Of a stretch of DNA of 64,000 nucleotides, positions 56,052 through 64,000 are shown one piece after another; the first letter of the stretch is position 1, and each line of letters starts with the position of its first letter. This DNA is from Planctomycetota bacterium (GTDB taxonomy: Bacteria; Planctomycetota; UBA8108; SXIK01), in contig OZ244999.1 in NCBI GenBank assembly GCA_965223265.1, positions 4,864,001-4,928,000 on the forward strand. Direction: 5' to 3'. Under the pieces are notes generated by a model, which was not told where the DNA came from, made no database searches, and saw only the letters and a program-made list of their open reading frames with translations. Both the position numbers and the translations under genes were made by a program.

Positions 56052-57572
56052 TCAAAAATTCGCCTGGCGCGGCAGCCCATCCTGTTCTGGCTCAGGCGAA
56101 GACGAACGTGACGTCGCTTGCGTCGTCGAGACTCCGGAGCCTGTCGAGGGGTCGTCTTGCGCGGTTGCCGCCAAGTACCACTCGTCCGGAAGATCATACT
56201 TCGTTTCACTCACGATCTCGACGATCGCCCGGCGAGTTGCCGCGGTCAGGTGCTGGTACTTTGGGTCCGTGACCGCGCCGCTGAGGACGCTCCACAGCCT
56301 CGAGTAGACGGATTCCTTGGCGGCATCCGGAAGCGCGCCGAAGGCCTCGGAGTAGATCACGTAACTGAGTGGGTAGGCAAAGAGTCGGGTCTTCAAGTCG
56401 AACTGACGGAGCGAACGACCGTGTCGATCACGCTCACCCCGAGCGACGAAATCCGCCGCAAACGTCGATGTGCCGCGCACAGGCTCGTCGAACGTCGCCT
56501 CGTCCACAAAGAGGAGATAGTCAACGAGCGGCTGGACAGCGCTATGCAGTCGCCGCTTCGTCGACGGAGAGAGGTGTGAAGTTTCCTCCCCGAGCATTTC
56601 ACTGACGACTCTTTGGTCCTCGAGCGCGACGCGGGTCAGATAACTTGCGCGGGTGATCAGGTTTTGCGCCTGCGATTGATGCTCGAGGACGAGGAGGGCA
56701 ACCAGATCGCTATCGTCGGTGAGATACGGACTCGTGTCAAAGTAATCGGTCAAGTCGGTGACGTTGGCGCCAGTCCGCCCACCGAGCGGCGTGCCACGCT
56801 CTGCATCCGAGAGCAAATTCCCGAGGTGGCGCTGTTCACCGTGCTCGCCAGTGACATACCAGCCTCCCCAGCGCTCGGCGAGCGGGCTCGTGTGGTCGGT
56901 GAGAAACGTCCCGGCCCTGAGAATTGGACGCCCGTCTGGCGCTGTACGTACGGAGCGAACAAGATGGCCGGGAACGCCCTGCGTCAAGTTGGAGCTATGA
57001 CACTGAAGGCAGTCGTGCGTGCGGCGCACGAGGCGGGGTCGCTCTTCGGTCTGCGAGAGTGTGTAGAAGATCGCACCCTTCTCTGGGTCGACCGCGGAGA
57101 GCTCGAGGACGTCCCCGCCACGCACCCAACCAACATAGACGTCGTCCGAAAAGTAGACGGCACGTGGCGTCACCGGGGAGATGCGTCGCAGTTGGAAGCT
57201 GGTCTTTGAAAAGACGAGCGTCTGTGAGCTGGGCGGGACATTCAAGTTTTTGAGCAGTGAGGCAAGATAGCCCTGCGACCCTCGTTCAAGCGTGACCTCG
57301 CCCGCATCGATACGCTCCTGCAGCTGGCTCACCGGATCTTTCGTGGCGTCCGAGAAGTAGCTGATCGGCTCCTCCTCTAGCGCCACTTGCGCCATCGCTG
57401 GACGCCCCGACACCCCGAGCAGCGCTGCGAGCATTGCGACGCCGAAAGCGCAGAGAGGAGAACAAGCCGGTCGGTGCCGTGCGGAGCGACAACCGACCGG
57501 CAGGACAAGAACCGGGCGATGGATGGGTTCGATGGTGTCTGTGCGTGGGTCCCGGGCCTTGTCTGGGGACAT
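56052..57572 (-). CDS. Conserved exported mono-heme c-type cytochrome of unknown function
   Basis: AGGAGG RBS before ATG 57572; SQTLVFSKTSFQ, CLQCH, ERWGGWYVTG, SDLVALLVLEHQ. Confidence 0.82.
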   Translation of the reverse strand: MSPDKARDPRTDTIEPIHRPVLVLPVGCRSARHRPACSPLCAFGVAMLAALLGVSGRPAMAQVALEEEPISYFSDATKDPVSQLQERIDAGEVTLERGSQGYLASLLKNLNVPPSSQTLVFSKTSFQLRRISPVTPRAVYFSDDVYVGWVRGGDVLELSAVDPEKGAIFYTLSQTEERPRLVRRTHDCLQCHSSNLTQGVPGHLVRSVRTAPDGRPILRAGTFLTDHTSPLAERWGGWYVTGEHGEQRHLGNLLSDAERGTPLGGRTGANVTDLTDYFDTSPYLTDDSDLVALLVLEHQSQAQNLITRASYLTRVALEDQRVVSEMLGEETSHLSPSTKRRLHSAVQPLVDYLLFVDEATFDEPVRGTSTFAADFVARGERDRHGRSLRQFDLKTRLFAYPLSYVIYSEAFGALPDAAKESVYSRLWSVLSGAVTDPKYQHLTAATRRAIVEIVSETKYDLPDEWYLAATAQDDPSTGSGVSTTQATSRSSSPEPEQDGLPRQANF

Positions 57573-57608
57573 GACTCCTCCTGCTTGGTTAAGATGCGCC
57601 CTATTATA

Positions 57609-57635
57609 TATATCTGGACCTTTATATCCAGTTAA
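57609..57635. promoter_or_regulatory. Putative Rrf2 operator 2
   Basis: CTGGA-N8-TCCAG (57614-57631); the minus strand reads AACTGGATA, identical to the half-site at 50651; AT-rich context. Confidence 0.65.
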
Positions 57636-57757
57636 TTCTTCGGTTTCTGTCAGCGGGTTTTCCGGCGCCCGACCGCCCGAGCAGCGCCGAAAGTAGAAAC
57701 TCAAGAGAGCAGCGGGGTACGATTGCAGGCCCACCAAACGACGACAGGAGTTGAGCG

Positions 57758-58996
57758 ATGCAGCACCCCGTGCGACGACGTGCTTTTTTGAAGAAATGCG
57801 GCCTCGGGGTCGCCGGCTTGGCCGCGATCCACAGCCCGCGGATAGCTCTGGGCTACCCAGCGAACGAAACCCTTCGCGTCGGCGCGATCGGCACGGGCGG
57901 TCGCTGCCGCCGCGCCCTGATCCCCGCGGCCAAAAAAGTTCCGGGCGTCAAGATCGTCGCCGCGTGCGATGTTTGGGACGGCGCCCTGGAGCCTGCCAAG
58001 GCGCTCGTTGAGCCGGGGTCCCTGGCGACACGCCACTACGAAGAGGTGCTCGACCGGCGCGACATCGACGCGGTGATCGTCGGCACACCCGATCACTGGC
58101 ACGTCCCGGTGACGATCGATGCATGCAAGGCCGGAAAGGACGTCTACGTTGAAAAGCCGCTGACGTGGAACATCGCCGAAGGCAAGAGCGTCGTCGCGGC
58201 ACAGAACGACCACCAGCGCATCGTACAAGTCGGCATGCAGCAGCGCAGCATGCCGCACTTCAAAAAGGGCTTCGAGATCATCCGCAGCGGCGAGCTCGGG
58301 GAGGTGAACAAAGTTCATCTGACGTGGAACCGCAACTCCAAGCTCCGGCACCGAAAGTTCGGCATCGACCCCAAGAGCGTCGATTGGCGGCGTTGGCTCG
58401 GACGCGCGAAGGATCGCCCGTTCGACGACTATCTCTTGCGCAACTTCCGCTGGTTCTGGGAGTTTGGCGGCGGCATCCTCACCGATCTGATGGTGCACTA
58501 CATCGACGTGGCCAACTGGTTCCTCGATCTCACCCACCCCACCACCGCAGCGTCAATCGGCGATTTCATCCAAGCCAAGGAGTTTTGGGAAACGCCCGAC
58601 TCGATCCAGACACTACTTCACTATCCCGACAAACGGCTCGAGATCTACTTCGAAGGCACGTTTTCCAATGCACGCAACGGCGCCATGCTCGAGTTCATGG
58701 GCCGCAAGGCAACGCTTTACATGGACCGCGGCCACTGCGAAATCCACACCGAGCGGGCGCACGGCGGCGGTGTTCGTGACCTGTCGCCCGGGAAGGACCA
58801 CCGCGGCAGCGACTTCGACCGCAATGTCGACGGCGGCCTTCACCACATGCAAAACTGGGTCGATTGCATCCGCAGCCGCAAGAAGCCGAACGCGCCGGCG
58901 GAAGCGGGGGTCTGGGCCGCCAGCGGTGCTCACCTCGGTAACATCGCGTTTCGCAGCGGCGAGGTGGCACGCTGGAGTGAGCAGGCTTCGGGTTAG
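57758..58996 (+). CDS. Gfo/Idh/MocA family oxidoreductase (Tat-exported)
   Basis: RRAFLK, IGTGGR, TPDHWH, DVYVEKP, QVGMQQRS, DLMVHYID. Confidence 0.95.
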   Translation: MQHPVRRRAFLKKCGLGVAGLAAIHSPRIALGYPANETLRVGAIGTGGRCRRALIPAAKKVPGVKIVAACDVWDGALEPAKALVEPGSLATRHYEEVLDRRDIDAVIVGTPDHWHVPVTIDACKAGKDVYVEKPLTWNIAEGKSVVAAQNDHQRIVQVGMQQRSMPHFKKGFEIIRSGELGEVNKVHLTWNRNSKLRHRKFGIDPKSVDWRRWLGRAKDRPFDDYLLRNFRWFWEFGGGILTDLMVHYIDVANWFLDLTHPTTAASIGDFIQAKEFWETPDSIQTLLHYPDKRLEIYFEGTFSNARNGAMLEFMGRKATLYMDRGHCEIHTERAHGGGVRDLSPGKDHRGSDFDRNVDGGLHHMQNWVDCIRSRKKPNAPAEAGVWAASGAHLGNIAFRSGEVARWSEQASG

Positions 58997-59036
58997 AGAG
59001 CCCACGGAACGCAAGCGGAACGCGGCTCTTCCCGCT

Positions 59037-61493
59037 TCATCGCGCGTCGAGCATGGCACGCGCGCGCTCCAGATTGCTCTTCGCTTCGGCGTCGTCCGGG
59101 TTGATGGCGAGAGCTGCCTCGAAGTGCTCTGCTGCGACGGCGACGTTGCCGCGGCGAGCGAGGAGGACGCCGAGATTGTTGTGTGCCTTGCCGTAATTTG
59201 GATTGCTCTTGAGGGCCTGTTTGTAGTGCTCGATCGCGGCAGTGAAATCACCACCGCGCGCGAGAAGACGCGCGAGATTGTAGTGAGCCACCGCGTGGTC
59301 CGGAGTGCGCTCAAGCGCCAGCTCATACTGCTTCACCGCACGCTCCGCCTCCCCACGCGCGTCATAAAGCTGGCTGAGCTGGATGTGCGCCTCGACGTAA
59401 TCTGGCCGGATCTCGATCGCTTCGCGAAACCTCGCCTCGGCCACTTCGCCCGCCCCCTCGTGGCGTAGAAGCGCGCCAAGGTTGTAATGCGCCTCTGCAA
59501 GGCGCGGCTCGACCGCGAGCGCACGCTCGTAGTAAGTCCTCGCCTCGGTGAGCTGCCCCCTATCGAAGAGAAGATTCCCGAAATTGGTGAGGAGCTTGTA
59601 GTTCCCACGTTCGACGCTCAAACCTCGCTCGTAGGCACTCGCCGCGGCTTCGAAGCGCCGCAGCTTCGCCAGCGCCATCCCCAAGCTGTTGAGCATCTTC
59701 ACGTCCCGAGGCTGGCGTTCGAGCACGAAGTTGAAGTGTTCAATCGCCTCGGAAAACTCACCGACGTGCGCCAAAGCGAGGCCCAGGCTCGCATGGCCGT
59801 CGACAAACTCGGGCTCCAGCTCGATCGCACGACGATGATGCGACGCCGCCTCGACGTACTCGCCGCGCTTGGCGAGAACCACCCCAGCTTGGTGATGCGT
59901 CAACGCGGTCCCGGGGACGAGCGTCACGGCTCGGAGGGCGAGCTTTTCGGCCTCCTCAGTTTTCCCCGCCCAACTGAGCACCTTCGAAAGATTCCTCAGC
60001 GCCATCCCATGCGCCACGTGATCGATCGACGCTTCCACCTCAGCGGTGACGCGCTCGATAGCCGTCTCTCCCCAGGTATCGCCTGGCTGCACCAATCCAC
60101 GCGCCACCATCTCGTCGACGATGGCGAGTGCAAGTCGTCGATGGCCGTCGATGGTGGGGTGCACATGGTCGAGGAAAAATTCGTCGTCCGCGATTCCCTC
60201 TTGCGAAAGCTTCTCCATGAGTGCACCGAAATCGACCAGCGGTGCGTTCTTCTGTGCTGCGACGTCGGCAACAATTGCAGCCATCGACGTCAGCGCTCTC
60301 AGCGGGCAAACGTCTTCGTCTCGAGCACGTCGTAGGGCCTCTTTCGCTTCATCGATTCGGCCAAGGGCTCGAAGCGCACGACCGCGCAGATAGTGCGCGT
60401 GCGCATGGCGATCGTTGATGGCGAGCGCTTTCTCGACAAGTTCGAGCGCGCCGGCGTGATCCCGCGCGCCATGCTTCTTCTCGGCGGCAGCGAACGTCTT
60501 CGCGAAGGTGTCGATCTGCGATGGCATCAGGCCGGAGCGATGCTCACTCTTGAACGGCGCGCAGGCACCGATGTTGCTCGCAGGCTGCACGACAACAACC
60601 TTGGCCCCGCCCGAGCGCGTCAGATCGATCAGGCGCGCGAGATTGAATCGATAGTGCTCGAGGACGTTCGCAGTCAACTCGTCGTCACGTGTGTAGGCCT
60701 CGAGCCCGACGGAATCGTCGAGTAGAGCCTGCACTTCCCCAGGCAGAAGATCACGCGCGCCTTCCGCCGCCGAAGAATCGTCACTCGCGGGTTCGTCCGC
60801 ACGCGCGCCGTCAGTCGCGGGTGAAGGGCGACGAACGAGTCGGCTGAGGGCAGCCCAAGTGCGCGTGCTCGTCAACAAGGCTTTGAAGCTACGAACAGCT
60901 TCAGGCGTCTCCACGAGCGCTGCGTACGTGCGCCGTTCGAGGAACTCATTGTGACCCGAGTAGATCACGACGAGATCTGGATCGTATCGACTCAGCTCCT
61001 CGACGACAAGGGCGACGCGATAGCTCGCGTAGCTGATGCCGCCGGCGTTGATCACCTCCCAGTGTCGCTTGGGATCAGCCACAGGTAGGAACGCCGCGAG
61101 CCAACCTGCGAACGACGTGGAGGCACGATACGGCCGGCCATACGTCGTAGAGCCGCCAACGCAAAAGATGCGAAACGTGTCTGCGCCTTTCGACTTCGCG
61201 AAGCTCTGCTCGTTAAAGAAGCTGAGCTTGTTCTGAGCCGTCATCATATGGACGTTGCCACTGTCGTCGGTGGTATCGACGAAAAGCGGAATTCGTGTGG
61301 AGAATCCAACGAACGGATCTTCCTCGAGCGTCACCGGCCTGACCCCGACGAGCGCCAGAATCCCCTCTAACGCGACGAAGAAAAGGACCAAGACGACGAG
61401 CGAGAACAGTGTCTTCTTCCACCAGGGAAGCCGCGCCGATCCTCTGCCGCGCACGCGATGTGCACGGCTTTCCCTGCGTTCACGGCTTGACAT
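59037..61493 (-). CDS. Membrane-anchored SGNH/GDSL-like protein with TPR repeats
   Basis: N-terminal TM, GGSTTYG, INAG..SYAS, GHNEF, DHVHP, about ten C-terminal TPRs. Confidence 0.9.
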   Translation of the reverse strand: MSSRERRESRAHRVRGRGSARLPWWKKTLFSLVVLVLFFVALEGILALVGVRPVTLEEDPFVGFSTRIPLFVDTTDDSGNVHMMTAQNKLSFFNEQSFAKSKGADTFRIFCVGGSTTYGRPYRASTSFAGWLAAFLPVADPKRHWEVINAGGISYASYRVALVVEELSRYDPDLVVIYSGHNEFLERRTYAALVETPEAVRSFKALLTSTRTWAALSRLVRRPSPATDGARADEPASDDSSAAEGARDLLPGEVQALLDDSVGLEAYTRDDELTANVLEHYRFNLARLIDLTRSGGAKVVVVQPASNIGACAPFKSEHRSGLMPSQIDTFAKTFAAAEKKHGARDHAGALELVEKALAINDRHAHAHYLRGRALRALGRIDEAKEALRRARDEDVCPLRALTSMAAIVADVAAQKNAPLVDFGALMEKLSQEGIADDEFFLDHVHPTIDGHRRLALAIVDEMVARGLVQPGDTWGETAIERVTAEVEASIDHVAHGMALRNLSKVLSWAGKTEEAEKLALRAVTLVPGTALTHHQAGVVLAKRGEYVEAASHHRRAIELEPEFVDGHASLGLALAHVGEFSEAIEHFNFVLERQPRDVKMLNSLGMALAKLRRFEAAASAYERGLSVERGNYKLLTNFGNLLFDRGQLTEARTYYERALAVEPRLAEAHYNLGALLRHEGAGEVAEARFREAIEIRPDYVEAHIQLSQLYDARGEAERAVKQYELALERTPDHAVAHYNLARLLARGGDFTAAIEHYKQALKSNPNYGKAHNNLGVLLARRGNVAVAAEHFEAALAINPDDAEAKSNLERARAMLDAR

Positions 61494-61781
61494 CGACGGT
61501 CCTCATGCCGTTGGAGCGTCCCGCAGTTCGTGAGCACTTGTCATGCGTCGCTCAGCCGGCTCCACGGTCAACAGCGATCGAAGGAAAGCGAACAGGACAC
61601 TCACGTTTTGATGCCAAGAATTTCGGCGGAAGTGCAAGCTGACACCCAGTTCCAGGCTACACTGTTCCAAAGAGAAGGCAAGAGCCTACGCAGCGTCCTC
61701 GCTGTGGCGGGCGAAACAAGGAAAACAGACGTGAAACTGCTGGCGCAGATCGCTGCCTCATTCAACAAAGCCAATCTCGGA

Positions 61782-64000
61782 ATGACGCGCCTGAACGCAG
61801 TGGCATGCGCAACTCTTCTCTTGGTGCCGTGCGGCGCACAACCGCACGCCGCCGGCGTCAAGCTGGTTCAAGAAGGTCGGGCACGAGCGACGATCTATGC
61901 TGCAGCGGATATTTTCGAGAACCCAGCGCGAGAGCGGCTGCGGGCGTCGGTGCGAGACCTGGCGCACTACCTCAGCAAGATGTCCGGCGCGGACATCCAG
62001 ATTGTCCGCGGTCGCCCGACGCCGGGCGCGCCTCTCCTGCCTATACTCGTCGGCAAACTTGCGGAGGCGACGTTCGAGCAACCGAAAACAACCGCACCTG
62101 CGCGGCAAGGCTTCCGTGTCGTCGTCACGCAGAGCGCGGTCGGACTCCTGGGTCACTCCGACTTGGCGACGAGCTACGCAATCTACGAAGTCCTGGACCA
62201 GCTCGGCTGCCGCTGGTATATGCCAAGTTCGATGGGTGAAGTGATTCCGCGCCGCCGCACGATCACGCTGAAAGAGCAAGATCTCGACGCGGCACCGTAC
62301 ACCTTCACGCGCACGGTCTGGCACGCCGACCGCGACTACCGGCGCCGCAACCGCCTCGGCGGCAGGCAGCTGAACACAGGGCACGCGCTTGAGGGCTACG
62401 TCAGCGCGGATTTACTCGCTCAGCACCCGGAATGGCGCGCTGTCTACTCGGATGGTCAGAGTTACAACCGTCGTCTCAAGTTCAGTCACCCGGGCGTCGC
62501 CGAAGCGATCGCCGATCACATCATCGAGCGACTCGAGAGCAACCCGCAGTACGACACGGTCTCCCTGTCGCCCGACGACGGCCCGGCCAACGGGCTCGGA
62601 TTCGACATGACCGACGATCTCAAACTCGACGCAGGCGATTGGGATCCGACAATCCCGGGCCCGTCGCACACGGACCGACTCGTCTGGTTCTGCAACCGCA
62701 TTGCCGAACGCGTCACGGCGAAGCATCCCCACGTCCTCTTCGGCATGCTCGCCTACCGCAACTACACGCGGCCACCAGTGCGCGAGAAGTTGCACCCCCG
62801 GATCGTGCCGCAGATCGCCGCGCTCTCTTACAGCCGTGCCCACCCCTGGACCGACCCCAGCGAGCCGAACAACGAGGCGATGCGTCACATCGTACGCGGC
62901 TGGGGCGCGGCGGCGCAGGCGGTGTCCTACTACATGTACGGTTACTTCTGGCCCGAGCTGTCGACACCGAATCCGTTCATCACCAAGTGGTCGAAAAACG
63001 TGCCCCTGGCGCTGGGCGAAGGGAAATGCAAGTTTTGGCAACCCGAGACGCTGCCCAACTTCGACACCACCATGCATGCGCTCTACCTCGGCATCCGCCT
63101 GGCGTGGGACCCGCAGCAAAACCCTCGCGACATCATCGACCGGCTGCACCGCGACTTCTACGGCCACGCTGCCGAAGAGATGGCCGCGTACTGGCACTTC
63201 GTCGACTCCTGCTGGGTGAGCACGCCGGAATACTCAGGCGGCGGTTATGGTCACTTGCGTCGCTTCACCCGGGAGAGGATGGCGACCGCACGACGGCTCA
63301 TGGATCGAGCCCTGGCAGCGGTACGATCGCCTCCGGAGAGATTCCGCGTTGTCATGGCTGACGATTCACTCAGACTCTTCGAGCTCTTCATGAAGATGCG
63401 GCGGGATCTCGCGGCTGGGCACTTTTCGGCGCTCGGACGCGACGCACACCGCTGGCGCGCGACCGCGAGCGCGCTTGCAGAGCGCTACCGGGCGCAGTTC
63501 GCGTTTGGTCGCATCCCCTGGGATGGAGGGAACTCCATCTACGGCCGTCTCTTTCGCAAGCTCTACCAAGCAACCTATGAGGATGCAGCGCGCATCGCAG
63601 AGAGGTACGACATCCTGACGAATCCACCACTGCGCTCTTGGCGCTTTCGTGTCGACCCTGCAGACCACGGCATAACGGAGGGCTGGGCGACGCTCGACTT
63701 TGACGACGATGACTGGCGCCTCTCGGACATCTGCCTCGAGACAATGTCGACGCTCGGCCACCATGACTACCGCGGTTCGATGTGGCACCGCACCAAAGTC
63801 ACACTGCCGGCGCTCGCGCCACAGCGGAAGATCTACCTCTGGGTCGGCGGCGCGTTCGACGAAGCGCAGCCCTTCGTCAATGGTCGTGCGTTCGACAAGT
63901 TCCGCAGTCGCGGCGAACCGCTGTCGTTCGACATCACCGATGTTGTCCGCCGCGGCGAGGTGAATCAATTGGCCATTCGCTGTATCCGTGGCAAGGGACG
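61782..64000 (+). CDS. Secreted DUF4838-type (glycoside-hydrolase-like) protein, 3' end runs off the window
   Basis: Absent from the ORF track. Manual translation gives MTRLNAVACATLLLVPCGAQ...DLAHYLSKMSGA...YAIYEVLDQLGCRWYMP...GEVIP...HPEW...SLSPDDG...LAY.NYT.PP, with a C-terminal sugar-binding-like segment (WRFRVDP...G...GW). Confidence 0.85.
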   Translation, partial: MTRLNAVACATLLLVPCGAQPHAAGVKLVQEGRARATIYAAADIFENPARERLRASVRDLAHYLSKMSGADIQIVRGRPTPGAPLLPILVGKLAEATFEQPKTTAPARQGFRVVVTQSAVGLLGHSDLATSYAIYEVLDQLGCRWYMPSSMGEVIPRRRTITLKEQDLDAAPYTFTRTVWHADRDYRRRNRLGGRQLNTGHALEGYVSADLLAQHPEWRAVYSDGQSYNRRLKFSHPGVAEAIADHIIERLESNPQYDTVSLSPDDGPANGLGFDMTDDLKLDAGDWDPTIPGPSHTDRLVWFCNRIAERVTAKHPHVLFGMLAYRNYTRPPVREKLHPRIVPQIAALSYSRAHPWTDPSEPNNEAMRHIVRGWGAAAQAVSYYMYGYFWPELSTPNPFITKWSKNVPLALGEGKCKFWQPETLPNFDTTMHALYLGIRLAWDPQQNPRDIIDRLHRDFYGHAAEEMAAYWHFVDSCWVSTPEYSGGGYGHLRRFTRERMATARRLMDRALAAVRSPPERFRVVMADDSLRLFELFMKMRRDLAAGHFSALGRDAHRWRATASALAERYRAQFAFGRIPWDGGNSIYGRLFRKLYQATYEDAARIAERYDILTNPPLRSWRFRVDPADHGITEGWATLDFDDDDWRLSDICLETMSTLGHHDYRGSMWHRTKVTLPALAPQRKIYLWVGGAFDEAQPFVNGRAFDKFRSRGEPLSFDITDVVRRGEVNQLAIRCIRGKG

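Noticed and set aside
61758-63968. Several listed ORFs in the last 2.2 kb
   Set aside because: Off-frame or antisense to a single uninterrupted DUF4838-type CDS starting at 61782 that runs off the window.

Overview
GC-rich bacterial chromosomal segment, most likely Planctomycetota. That call is inferred from two DUF1501 proteins, a PSCyt1/DUF1549/DUF1553 protein and many dockerin-like tails. About 38 CDS are supported; no rRNA, tRNA, CRISPR-Cas, integrase or transposase was seen. Housekeeping and redox genes include acetolactate synthase (partial), gdhA, a class I disulfide reductase, TVP38, msrA, trxA, a triple parvulin and an aldo-keto reductase. Seven secreted dockerin-tagged proteins are interleaved with them, three forming a REP-bracketed operon built from six copies of an unnamed ~190-aa Cys-containing module. 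The most unusual non-coding region (48.9-50.6 kb) surrounds a four-helix-bundle (Avd-like) gene. It holds a 79-nt hairpin, a TTAA-flanked palindromic MITE, hexamer microsatellites, five head-to-tail REP copies with hexamer spacers and an 11 x 24-bp minisatellite. Also seen: two regulons inferred from paired operators (TetR and Rrf2), an archaeal-type SAM synthetase and a frameshifted Uma2 gene. All family assignments come from motif recognition by eye; no database search was run.
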